Made by a program: the position numbers and the translations under genes. This document shows positions 49,516 through 61,548 of a DNA stretch of 64,000 nt, piece after piece. This DNA comes from Phoronis australis (Eukaryota; Animalia; Phoronida), in NCBI GenBank assembly GCA_002633005.1, contig NMRA01000221.1, forward strand, positions 374,290 to 438,289, written 5' to 3'. Within the stretch, counting starts at the first letter, position 1; the number at the start of each line of letters is the position of its first letter. A model generated the notes under the pieces. That model worked only from the letters and a program-made list of their open reading frames with translations, was not told where the DNA came from and made no database searches.

Positions 49516-50860
49516 GTTACCAAATACTGAACATACATGCATTCACTGCCACTACCAACAATATGAAATGCACAATCTTGCATTTTCGAGTCTTCAACAA
49601 GCAAAACCCAGTGCAGTGAAAAGTCCCGTGGAATCATTGATCTCTTCTGCCATATAGCCCAATAGCAAGTATACAGTCATATTTCTATATTACACAATAT
49701 AAGACAAAATTTACCATATATCTTCATCTAAGGTCCTTTAGCGGGGAGCAGAAATTGACAACGCATCTGTTAAAGTACATGTGGTATGCAAGGTTCAGCA
49801 CGATATCGTGAGGCACTAACCGTAACGTGACTGGACGGAGACCTCGTGCCGGCGTCCAATTGAATGAAAGAGCGGATCACCTCGCCGGGATATCTAACAA
49901 AAGCAGCACTCTCAATCTGTGTGTCTCTGACAACAACCTTTTAGCTCTAGCACTCGTCCGCTGGCAACATAAAACAGAGATTGTCTACCTATGGCGACGG
50001 GACCCGCATCCTAAAGACTGGAATTTTACACCAGACCTGCTCCTAAAGCCAGTCCAGGGGCATACAGAGGCGACTGAAAAACGAACATCTTACGGGCAAC
50101 ATCAGTATTGGAAGTTAGTGCCTCCCGTCGTCAGAATGCCAGTGTGGTGAGACGATTAATGTCACCACACCTTGTCTACGACCCTGTCGGCAACAGGTAA
50201 TTTGCAGGCAATTTGCACAGACCTCGCACCATGCTCTGAGTAGTTAGTATAGCTATAGCCTGCACTGGTTCTATCATTAAGACTTGCCCTAATGAGTCAA
50301 AAACAAGTCTCTTTACTTCAGCCCTTATCTTTATTATGCTAATTGTTCACCAGAAAACTGAATTTCAATGCATTGCTATGCTAATCAGCCATCGAACAAT
50401 CAGTACATTTATATTTTATCCATACCCCGGTAAGTAGTAATTTATGGCCGAGCTCCAATAAACTTATATGATAGTCTGCAGTTTCTGAAAGACCCGGAAA
50501 AGACCTTTACTTGAAACCACCAAGATACTACTACCAACCAACTTTTGTATCAGACCACTTATAGCTATAAAGTTAGCCGCAATTTGCTCTTTACTCTGGA
50601 AACTGTGAAAAATATTGGCCTGGAAATCCTTCAGACCCATGTTGGCAGCATGATACTGTCCAAAAATGAGCCAAGACGCACGGCACCAAAAATAAGAGAA
50701 ATAAAACCATTCAATAAAATTTCATGAACATTTCAGTGCTTATTCTTTATAATAGGTAGTGTATCATCCAGAGGTCTTACTAGCCACAAAAAAATGGACT
50801 GATTCTAGATGTAAAACTCAGTTTGAAGTTGTTAATAAAACAACGATGGATTTAAACCGG

Positions 50861-50902
50861 CTTGACATGTTTCGGCATTTATTAAAACACCATCATCAGA
50901 AG
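50861..50902 (-). ncRNA. Minimal type-I hammerhead ribozyme motif (Penelope-type)
   Basis: Minus strand reads CUU-CUGAUGA-U-GGUGUUU-uaau-AAAUGCC-GAAA-CAUG-UC-AAG: intact core, 7-bp stem II, palindromic stem III, 3-bp stem I. Confidence 0.75.
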
Positions 50903-51641
50903 AAAAAAAACACTGGCCATCTTGCTAGGCCCAACAACAAGTAATGATGCAGTCAGTTACAGCGGAGGAGTAACAACAGACTAGACTAAAATTATGCAAA
51001 AAGGTTCTTTTTTCCTGCATGGATATTCATTTATGATCAAGGGAAAAAGCTGTAGGACTAATTTTTTTCAACGGCTACCCTGTATTTTTTTAAGACAGCA
51101 TAACTAGAAAACTGTTGAAGACGTGAATTTCATCTTAGCTGTGGTGACAGTAAAGAAAAATGGTAGCTACATTACATAAGTCATTGGGGAATATTTTAGA
51201 CTTGAGGTTGTCAATGCAGCCTGAAGTGTTGTATCGGAACTTTTAAAAAACCCGTAACTTGTATCAATTAATTTTGGAAAATGAAGTATAAAGCTATTCT
51301 ATTCAGTAACTCTATCATATTATTTAGGACACCATCAGAATTGTTGTCTAAATCATTTAAAAATCACTTGGGGTACCACTTTGGCGAAACCAGACATCTG
51401 GTTTTAGCCTAGATCTGGATGCTACTGCCATCTGGTGTCGAGTGCAATGACATGCGTTACTAACTCGCACTTTAACCTCGAGATGGTAAACTTAAGAGAC
51501 GCAAGGCAGTTTCACCAATAAGCCTTTGAGAGTTGAAGAGAGGTGAGAATGACATCCTTAAGTTGGTTTGCCTTCATGGCGATGCACAGAGGTTTGACTT
51601 GCATCAATTTGAAACGCTCACACTGAGCTGGTAGAGGGCAC

Positions 51642-51732
51642 TAGTCGGATATAGCGGTAGTCACTGAAAAACGCGCCTGTTCCTTAGTGGGTGAAACTGG
51701 TTCTCTAAATCAGGGACTGCTATATCCGACCA
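51642..51732. mobile_element. Diverged family B-related element
   Basis: TIR GTCGGATATAGC/GCTATATCCGAC with internal GAAACTGGTTCTC. Confidence 0.5.
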
Positions 51733-52247
51733 GTGCCGCTGCGGAGTTTGAATTCCTGAATGAAATGTGTATATTTTCTGCAATGTCAGGCACGGCAATT
51801 CAACCGTAGTAATCGTCAACATCATTCGTCCTTTATCTTTCTATGGTGTCTTGTGACTTGTCAGTTCTGTGGTTCCCCGGATGTTTTTGTTATTCATACT
51901 GCTGGAGGCTGCTAGCAGTCTTTCAGCAGGCAATCAGGCTGTCAGGTACGGGCACCTGGATTGGGTTTTACTGAAGCTTGAGTAGCTGTGTTTTAACTGG
52001 TGAGTACTTCTAGAGGCCTAGCTAGTGAACCTGCTGTAATACAACAGTTTCATCAACAATTCTAAAACTTAAAGAAATTCAGGGAGCATCAGCATATCTT
52101 TGACGACTACTGTAATCGATCATTGTTTGCTGAAGTAGCGATCATACAACGCGGAAGTGGAGATACACAGTTTTCTACACTTTTCTAAAACTTCTGACCA
52201 GAGAAACACGCGTTGTTTCAGAGTTTGGTATTCACGCAAATACAAAC

Positions 52248-52440
52248 CTGAAATCGTTCGTTAAAACACCGCAGTCTTATTCTTTGTCTTCTTTACATAT
52301 TTGAAAGACGCAGATAATTAAACAACAACCTAAAGCCAAAAGATTTAGACAAATTCAGCTGAAGTCCCAACTTGTTGCTTCTCCATATTGAAACAAAGGT
52401 CATGACCTATAAGCAACTTCCGGTCTGACGATGACTCAGA
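52248..52440 (-). promoter_or_regulatory. Candidate promoter and non-coding first exon of the FGD6-like gene
   Basis: Donor CAG|gtttgt at 52248/52247; ETS motif CCGGAAGT (52416-52423, -); AP-1 motif TGACTCA (52432-52438); locally CpG-richer. Confidence 0.4.
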
Positions 52441-53343
52441 CAGCATGTGACTTTATTATTTCGAGGGCTCCGAGTAGCCCACTGGCGCAGGGTAGTCAGG
52501 CTCAACCATTCTGGCAATGCCCGCCAAGAGTTTCAGAATTCAGATTAAAATTCCGAAAAGGTGTTCATTGGGAACATATTGGCTCGGCAAATAAATATCC
52601 GCAATTTTAAAACAATCAACGATTAGGTCATTCACACAGAACCCGTTTAGAGTTCCTGGTAGCTTGCTTTCAGTTGGCAAGCGGCAAGTCACGACTCAAC
52701 ACTGAAGCACCAAAATTTCACTGACGTGTTATGAAAATGAAATAAAAAAAATTGAATCGCTTTCTGTAATTACCAAAACATGACACGTTGATTCACTTGG
52801 GTAGAGCTGGTGTTGCAGCAAAATACGGTCGTGGACCTCTATTGCTCCTTGAAAACTTATTTCTCATACATTTCGCCAATAATTCAAGGTGTAACTGAAA
52901 AGGGCATCCCCATATCTGCTTAGTCAACCAGAAATCACGTAAAGCCTGCCACCTAGCGGACGCACCAACACAGCTTTTTCAGGGACATTATCCTCGAGGA
53001 ACTTGAGTTATTTTCTGAAGTCCTCAACGCGGAATCGGACCAGCAATCCTTGCGGTAGCTATACCCGGACAGGACTCAGAAAAATGTTTTCGGAATGTTA
53101 TATCTCAGAAATGGCTGATCTCATTCATATGTAACCTTTATGCACTTTGCTTTACACTACGCTGTTCTCCGAAACGTTTTGCATAAGGGGATATCAAAAA
53201 ATAGACTGGATTTTTACGAAAAAAAAAAGTTGCATGAAACGCGGGAAACGAAATAATATTTTCGAAAATTGTAAAAGCTTCTTGAGATTTCATATTTGAT
53301 ATTGATGTCGTTTGGATTTTTGTCACGTTATTGATGCACGGTT

Positions 53344-53519
53344 CAGTGGCGGATTTAAGGGGGGGGGGGTGCGGGCAAGGGGGCCATGGGTTNGTTCCCT
53401 AAAATTCTCCAATTTCTCCATTCGACAGCACGGCAGTGCGAATGTCTGACGAGCAACAGTTCTGGTTAATACTCTGCCATGCCCCCCCGCCCCAACTCAA
53501 AATCATGGATCCGCCCCTG
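53344..53519 (+). mobile_element. MITE family A copy 3
   Basis: 5-bp TSD CGGTT at 53339-53343 and 53520-53524. Confidence 0.9.
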
Positions 53520-56237
53520 CGGTTGTTTTGCCAAAAGCGTTACTTTCTCTTTTACAATTTTTTAATAAAGACATTGTCAAGTGACTCAGTATTAATCAAA
53601 CATTGGTAGAAAGTTAAATAACAAAGTCTGTAGTATTTCTACATTCGGAAAAAGCATACGGTTTCCTACAAAGTTATTTCATATGATTTTGTATTTTGCT
53701 AAATACACAAACTAGCCGATAATTCAAAACAAAAAAACTTCAATTAGGAAACAACTTGATGACGGTTCCGTGCGCTCAAGGACTATCCTGAAATGGACAA
53801 AGTTGTCCCCTGTTGAACTCATTTTTATTCTTCCAGTCACATTTAAAGTACGCGGGCACTTTTTCGGTATGACGTCTCATGCTTGTCACTTTCGGTCACC
53901 GGTACTGGTGTCCTTATTCGTTAGCGGATTAGCTGTCATCACATGCAGTGCGTTGTCAAGACGACATGTCCACTTGGATTCACGTTTCATCCCCATTGTT
54001 TGATTGTCGGGAACGACCCATGTTGACGTAAGTCGGCAATGGACTCGGAAAGCTCGACTAATAGAACAACCCTCTTGCCGCGAGAAAGCGAAAGCGGTAC
54101 AAAAATATTCTAACGAATCAATAGGCGTCGTCGGGAAAATTCAGTGTTAAATGAATTGGGTGACGTGGCGCAGCGGTTGAGATGTCACATTTCCGACTGG
54201 ACAACGTATTCTTCTTAACTGTATGAGCGAAATTGAAAAATTTCGGTCATGTTAACTGATTTCATCATTGTTCGTGGAATGAGACCGACGAAAGGGCTCA
54301 CCCGTCGTCAGTGAGGGAGGAGCTTCGTCGATGAAGAGTGGACCGGGGGGTGCACGTGCTGCTCGAAAAGGTTTCCCTACGAGAAAGCCCTTTTTCCAAT
54401 ACAATTATTTACTCACTGAGTTCACTTTGCTCTAGCGACGGACGGAGATCGGAACTCGATAAAGGGTTCTCTATTCCAATACAATAATGTAATCTTTTTA
54501 AAGCGCTGCTTACAGGAAAGATGAACTTGTATGTGACAATATATGGCATCTCTTCTTGTATTTTTCAGGTTCAAGTTACGGCTTAAAATTTCACTGAGTT
54601 ATCCAAGAAAATTCAAGAACATAGATTGAGGGATCAAACTTTGCAATAGGGTGTTTTTGACAAGCTCTACGACATGTATTTTTTCATGGAATGGGTGGTT
54701 TCTTTCGAACCCACTCTCTGAAATGAGGGATATCCTAATTTATAATTTGATTACCTCCATTACCATAATTTTTCTACCTCCTGTAGTTAATGTGAATTTT
54801 ATCGCCACTATTTGACCCATGTCCGGATGAATAAATGACTTATCATTTGGCTTTGGTGACTGAATGCCAATCTATACCACCATCTGACCAGGGAGGTACA
54901 TGTACAGACAGGCGTCGGCCGACGAGCGACGCCGCGATTCGAAACGTGCGTGCCGCTGAGACTGGTGTTTTGTTCACGGGCCAGATATTTCATTTGTATT
55001 TTTCTTTTTCATTTTCACCTGACAAAAGGGGTCCTTTTTACAACCGAATGACGGCTTGACGTTGTCGACTTAAAAGATAGGTTATGTAATTTAATTCAAT
55101 GAATATACCGTAGGAAAGTTATGAAAACAAACCTCTATGAAAGAATGACGTTTAAGATTACTATGAAATAATGCTTCCCTTTGTGCTGAAGGGTGAGGGT
55201 CCCGGTTTTCCATTCCCTTTAAAAAATAATCGGGCCCCTCTCATTAGCGAGACCACCGTAAGCCGACCAATCCGCATGCGCAGTCTGTTAGGTCACCAAA
55301 TATGACATATGAATATGGGTGGCATCATAAATGCATTAATAAATGTTAACCCACCGGTTCCTACACTGTATGGGCGAGGCGGAAAATCCGGCTCACCAGT
55401 AGTGCCCGCCCGCGGATCAACGCCTGCCGGGAACTCGTCAACCAGTGTAATTCAAATAATCAATATACACGGATGTAAACTTGCTAAGTAGGTTTATGTA
55501 ATGTTCTTCTTCTTCCAAGTACAACAAGGATCGAAGTACCGATCCTTATATATGTTGGCGAACTTTTGATGTATGGCCTTCTGGGGGACTCAGCTCCCGG
55601 GAAGTGCCGCTTGGCAAATAGGTAACTTTCAGTATTACCAAACACTTTTTTAAGGCCAAATAGTGACGTTTCCATAAAATTCACTGCAAGACACTTCATC
55701 TCAACATAGATCTTGCGAACTGAATTCGCGGAAGGCTCAACAGAATCTGAGAATCTACAGAAATTACTAACATCCGATGCGCTCATTTTACTGGCCTAAT
55801 GAGATCGGGAAAAATGTTGTTGAACGTCTTCCTATGATGGAAACCTTTGAAACTTCACCTAGCCCAATCAAGAAGACGTCAACGTCATGTATCCCCGGCT
55901 TCATTACAGGCTCTAGCAGACCGTGTGTATGCCCCTGAGCAGCGAATAGCTTACAACGCCATCTAGTCTAATTCAATCGATATATTCTGACGTCATCGTG
56001 TTTATGACCGTGACACAGTTTTCTCGGTAAACAAGAGTTCCCCACAGTGACCCCATATTGACCAGTCTGTGGTTTTTGACTGATAACAAGGTGACATTTC
56101 CCTAAACAATTCGCGGAACGAAAGGCAGAAGTCACTACCAGCACCAAAGTGCAGCGCGGCGATGAGGTGGATTACTTCCGCCCCGGGGGAGGCTCGTTCG
56201 TAGACTGAAGGGCTGGTTGCCAGCGCCAAGTGCGGCA

Positions 56238-56332
56238 CAATAGAACAGATCAGAACAGAACAGAGCAAAACAGAACAGAATAGAATACAACAGAATGGAA
56301 AAGAATAGAGCGGAACAGAATAGAATAGAATA
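56238..56332 (+). repeat. (AGAAY)n pentanucleotide repeat
   Basis: Direct inspection. Confidence 0.85.
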
Positions 56333-57701
56333 GGGCACTCGTTTTTCCAGACTCCCTGTAGAATATACAAATGTACATATCTGAGATACAGGCCTACAAC
56401 AAAGAAATACCTCAGCAGCAAGGCTCAATCAAGGACATCTAAGACACTATAGACTGCACAGCATCTGTGAGTATGAAAAAACGTCAAGAAAATGCAATGT
56501 TGAAACATAACGCGAAATTTGCTTTATTTTTACTACAAAGTAGGAACATGATGTACTGTAGGAAAGCGTCCCCTCTAGTGGCTGTACGAAGTGATGGCAT
56601 TCCCCGCCCCTCGACTATACTCCGCGGTGGCCAGGTTTGACTTCTAGGTTTGACCTTGCTGTGTCTAGTTTTAGGGTGGTAATTTGACTTGGTAATCATA
56701 GCGGGAGGTTTACTCGTGACTTTGTGGCCAGCGGGGGTGAGTAAAGATTTTCGCCGGTGGTTACTATTTCAGGTATTCATTTTGCGTGACCTGAAATTTT
56801 ATTGTTCGGTGAAATCACCAAAGCCCATTGTCAAAGAAACCCCGGGACCCTCGCTTACTTTTGCGGTGCAATACAGATAGGCGGGGTCGTTCAGATGTTT
56901 ACTACTCGAGACATTCCTTTTTGTATGAGCCGTTGCTCAGGTGTTGAATATTTCCTGGACCCGGGAGGGAAGCACAGGATTTTTGTGGTTGCTAAAGTGA
57001 CTGAAAAGTTCCGTGTCATCATTGTTGGCACTGGTAAGATTTGATCTCCCTCTGAGTTGGCTACATGTCACTGTGCCTCTAGCTTGTGACGTCACGTCAG
57101 AGACGTCATAAATAACGAACTCATCTGTAGTGAAATGACATCGGCGCACAAACCATCCCACCTCTGAGTGCACAGTGTAAAAGATTCCGCATATTTTATT
57201 ACTCGTTTAATATCGCGAACGCTTCCGGCACGTTTTTCAAAAAAGAGATGCAATGTAAAGATGTCTGGAAAACTTCTTTAGGCGCCACAAAAGGCGCTCA
57301 GTAGAAACTAGAAATAACTCTTCCTCCAATTCTAATGGCATAACTAAAATTGTCAAACACGTTCCGCAAGAAGCTTACAAATTTCTTTTTAGTCAATTTT
57401 GTCACGTGTATGGCCCATGAAGACGCTTAGTGACCTTTTCAGGATTTAATTTGGATAGGCAAAATCACATGCCATGCAAAGCTCTTGCCAAAGAACTTGA
57501 GTGTATGTCTGCCAGCTGAAATGTGGCGGTATCAGCACCAATCGAAGTTAGTATTACTCAGGAGTAGATCCTCTCTCTGGTGCAGAGTTCATTAAGAACG
57601 ATACATTTGTCGTGGAATAGCTTCTTTCTGCAACCAGGTGGGTGACAATTATGTGCAAGATGAGATTCGTTAAGAAAATCAAACGTGATAATGTTACTGT
57701 T

Positions 57702-57868
57702 CATGGGCGGATCCAGGATTTTGAGTTGGGGGGGGGGGGCAGGGCAGAGTATTAGCCAGGATTTTGCCTGTCAGACATTGGCACTCCCGAACTGCCCAAT
57801 GGAATCTTGGAGAATTTTAGGGGGGGGGGAGCATGGCCCCCTTGGCCCCCCCTCTAAATATGCCACTG
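57702..57868 (-). mobile_element. MITE family A copy 4 (inverted)
   Basis: 5-bp TSD CTGTT at 57697-57701 and 57869-57873. Confidence 0.9.
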
Positions 57869-57873
57869 CTGTT

Positions 57874-58520
57874 AACAAAGCTGGTGCTAGGCTAAAAATA
57901 ATTGTGTGTTTCCAGAATATTAAAAGTCATAGCCTTGTTATAAAGAACAGCTTGAATGGGTAGAAGACCAAAACGAAAGTTAAGCAAGTGTAGCGTTGTT
58001 GTTGTTGAGAATGAATGTATTTTCTTTTAGACAGCGCTACGTTGGCCAGACTGTGTATTCACTTTCGCGCAGGTTGTCCTATCACTTACAAAACGCTGCT
58101 ATCAAATACCATTTTGAATCTCTGCATCATAGAAAAGTGTTACGGAAAGAGTTAGAGGATAACACTATATTGTCAGGTACATAGAGAAAGATAAACAAAG
58201 ATTGTAATTACTTGAGTCCTTAATTATATTGATGGAGAAGCCTGTTCTAAATCATCGATTCACATGCTACAGTAGAACAGTGTCTTTATTCAACACCCCT
58301 CGTACAAATCTAGGCGCTTGCTGTGTCCGTTGGCTGGCTCTTACCCTATATTGAGGGTAGACAGGCTCAGTTTTATCACCTGCTATGCCAAGTAGCCCCC
58401 ACGTTGTGTATTGTTTGTTCCGTCATGACCCTTTCTATATACCCCACTGCTCACTGAGGACTCATTGTATTTCTTGCCTTCGATGAATGTAGTACAAATT
58501 GGAAGTACTGCGCTCTAATA
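57874..58520 (+). mobile_element. Penelope-like retroelement remnant (GIY-YIG endonuclease and 3' region), frameshifted
   Basis: YVGQTVYSLSRRLSYH..AIKYH..H..ILS, then in another frame LESLIILMEKPVLN, matching the Penelope GIY-YIG pattern. Confidence 0.75.
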
Positions 58521-59595
58521 TAATATTTAAAACAATTTTCTATAGTTTATTGTTTTACGAAGTCGCTCGGCGAGCTACTGCACAGATGCGATGCGCACGC
58601 AGAGTATTTTTAGACAAAACGAGAAATACAGAAAGAAATTATCCAACAACGAATGTTGTATCGTTTTTAAAGAACTCTGCACCAAAATGAAATAAGTACT
58701 TTATTCCGAAATATGATAATTTTCTTAATTAAAACGAAGACAAATTTACCGCCATCAGATAAAATTTCCTCCAAAACCTCTTTTATCTCTCTAGTGCCGG
58801 GTTTTCATTATGTATCTGATGTATCCATGAAAAAAGAATAAAAGTGCATGTGAACCTGTGCTAGTGCTGTTCTATAAGGAGTTACTGATGATTTCACTAG
58901 CACTGTTTATTTGATAAAAAACTACTTAATCTTTGAACGCTATGAATGATATCGGGGGCCAGATCTTGGGCGCCGGCAGAGCTAATGATCATGGAGTAGT
59001 TCTCAACCAGAAACACAGGTAGCGATCATGGCCGGTGCGCGTGCCAATATAAAACCGGGATGCTGGAAGACCTGCCGATCAATGTGAAAGACTAATATGT
59101 GGCCGGGTGACTTGAAATTCAAACGTGTTACGGTACATGCTTAAAGTGTACATAGGACTTTGAATAGAACTACGCACAACTCCCTAAATTTTACATTATT
59201 AGCCGTTGTATTTCCTTAAAATTCCAAGCATGATCATGGTAAAAACCACGATAATTTGAGAATGTGAAAATTGAAAGAATTTGCACTTTTACTTTAAGAG
59301 GTGTTTTTGTCAATGGAGTCAAGCCGGAAAAGCACAGTGCGTCTCACATTCACACTCGAGATGCGGACACGGTTAGTACAGGTCTGAACTCAAAATAGTC
59401 GATAATGATTTTCTACCTTCGAATTCAAATCAATTCCAACCGCAAGATTTCACAATCTAACTTTTGTTTCCAGCTTCTTTCTGAGAAAGCTACTCCGACC
59501 TGGAATGAAATCGACTCATCTGAGAGTATTCATAGTAAGTAATCGCTGACCTCAATAACCTCATTCATACGCTCGCACAGGGAAGGAAACATTTG

Positions 59596-59666
59596 GCCAA
59601 TCAAAACGCTTGTTTTCTTATTGACCAATGAGGGTTCAATTCAAGGTTACATCGGCTCGTATAAAT
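59596..59666 (+). promoter_or_regulatory. Core promoter of the ankyrin gene (two CCAAT boxes plus TATA)
   Basis: ggCCAATc near 59598, gaCCAATg near 59625, TATAAAT at 59660. Confidence 0.55.
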
Positions 59667-59732
59667 GTAGGAAGTTTGAACATGATGGCAAAATTATTGT
59701 GGAGTGCGTGCGCGGATTTGAAAACAGATAAA

Positions 59733-59992
59733 ATGCGTCTAGTTTTGCCAGAGACTGTTAAGCGAGGCATGCTACGGACTGTAGCTAAATTAATTGAAGC
59801 TGGAAATTACATCGATATAGACGAAGTTGACGAGGATAACCTAGGCAGTGGCCTTTTTCATTGTTGTTGCGGAGGACACTTTGATTTAGCCTGCTTATTT
59901 CTAAAGCATGGAGCAGAAAGTAATTTTATTAATAAGTTTGGATCTACACCTCTACACGCGGCGGCTGACAACGATCATTTAGATTTAGTAAG
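59733..59992 (+). CDS. Ankyrin-repeat protein exon 1 (alternative starts at 59682/59685)
   Basis: MRLVLPETVKRG...GHFDLACLFLKHGA..NKFGSTPLHAAADNDHLDLV|gtaagt; ankyrin consensus. Confidence 0.88.
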
Positions 59993-60348
59993 GTAAGTTT
60001 ACTTATCTAATTAATATTACTGCGTAATTTTACTGGCTCCAAGGAAATGTCACGTGAGGAAAAGTGTCGTGTGAGTCATACTAAATGCGCGTTTTTCCCA
60101 CCAACACTTTTTGAGAAAAATAGTCCATGAAACGAGAACATACTACATTAATTACTTACACTGTTTTTATTTTCAATCAGAAGTTTAACGAATGAACTGT
60201 CATTTTTCGTCGAATACAAACTAACATAATAAATACAATTATTTTTTAAGTTATAGTCTTTTCCCTCTAATTCATACGATTTCAGCAGTCGGCGAAAAAA
60301 TAAAAAGTTAGACCAAGGCGTATTATTTAATTCTGTTATCTCTCTTAG

Positions 60349-60566
60349 GTTGTTGTTACACCATGCAGCTGATCCAAACGCTCAAAATTTCAATGGCGAC
60401 ACGCCTTGCCACCTAGCTGCAAGTCGGGGGAACTACAACGTTGTCGAACAACTTCTCAAAGGAAACTGCAACGTTAACATTACGAACGACAAACAAAAAA
60501 CTTGCTTAGCCGAGGCGGCCGGTAGAGGGCACACACAAGTTGTTAAGCTGCTGTCGGAATATTCAG
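60349..60566 (+). CDS. Ankyrin-repeat protein exon 2
   Basis: ctcttag|(R)LLLHHAADPNAQNFNGDTPCHLAASRGNYNVVEQLL...GHTQVVKLLSEYS|gtaagt. Confidence 0.92.
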
Positions 60567-60683
60567 GTAAGTTGCTGCAGGTTTTGTTTCCTAGCTCCCT
60601 GCTGACGAGGTTGTCTTTTAAACATCGGAAATAACAGTTGTGCCAACTGGGAAAAATAACATTTCTGTTTTTCTTTTTCGCAG

Positions 60684-60874
60684 CCCGAAACAATAATATA
60701 CCGAAATCAAGCCACTTACAGTTTACAAATCAACACCAAGTTGTTTCTTACCACGACAATAATTTATTTATGTTGCCGCCATCAACGTCCAAAGGATTTA
60801 CGAGTCTGAAAACGCCCCAGCCCAAATATACCCTCTTCTATTCAATCTCAGACTATCTTCAAACACCAAAATGA
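60684..60874 (+). CDS. Ankyrin-repeat protein exon 3, coding part (exon continues to donor at 60897)
   Basis: Strong pyrimidine tract ttttcgcag; phase-1 join reads (A)RNNNIPK...YLQTPK*. Confidence 0.6.
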
Positions 60875-61132
60875 ATTTTGAAGCCAATGATACTATGGTA
60901 AGGAGATTTTTGACGATTTCAGCTTCACGTTCTAGCAGTACATACGCATAGAAAAGGGTTTAATTGTTTTTATAATATAGACGGCAACAGGCGTAGTTCA
61001 ATTTATTAAAAATAACACACTTCTACCACCAAAATGACGGCGACAGAAGCCACCTTAATGCCGTCTATGGTCATCTTTTTCACAGAAGACGTTTTGCTGC
61101 TTTCTTGTCATCATGATCCGTATTCTTTTTAG

Positions 61133-61548
61133 GCCGAAAATGTGAAACTAAAGAAACTTCTGCTAGGTTAAAGAAAGAGAGAATCATCGCAGAAACGCCT
61201 GTAAGTCCGTTGGTCCCTGAGGCAACAAGCAGACCCATCTCCAACTCCGTCTGTGGTGTTAGGTTGCACTCGCGTAGTCTCGCAGTTCGGCCCGAGAGAT
61301 GTCCGACGTGCTACCAGTCTGTACCGCCTGCCCGCTACTATGACGTCATGACATCATCGAGAGCGAAATGCAATGAGACCAGCATCTCACGTCCGTCGGC
61401 AAGGAGTTCCCGCTACTTTGAAATAGACGAACAAAATTCCTGGGAATATGTTTACGTCTCACCAACCGAAAAACGAGTAAATAGTTTACCCTCTCATGGA
61501 TCGGTGGATTACGACTCGGACGATGATACACGACTGGTTACGAAATAA
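61133..61548 (+). CDS. Ankyrin-repeat protein alternative or terminal exon 4
   Basis: Pyrimidine tract ending tttttag|(G)RKCETKETSARLKKER...DTRLVTK*; in frame with exon 2 when exon 3 is skipped. Confidence 0.6.

Noticed and set aside
49827-50150. 107-aa ORF in a GC-richer patch
   Set aside because: Non-ATG start, no recognisable domain or exon chain; probably a repeat fragment
55484-55786. 100-aa minus-strand ORF and a LIYVGE motif on the + strand
   Set aside because: No further GIY-YIG motifs or recognisable domain
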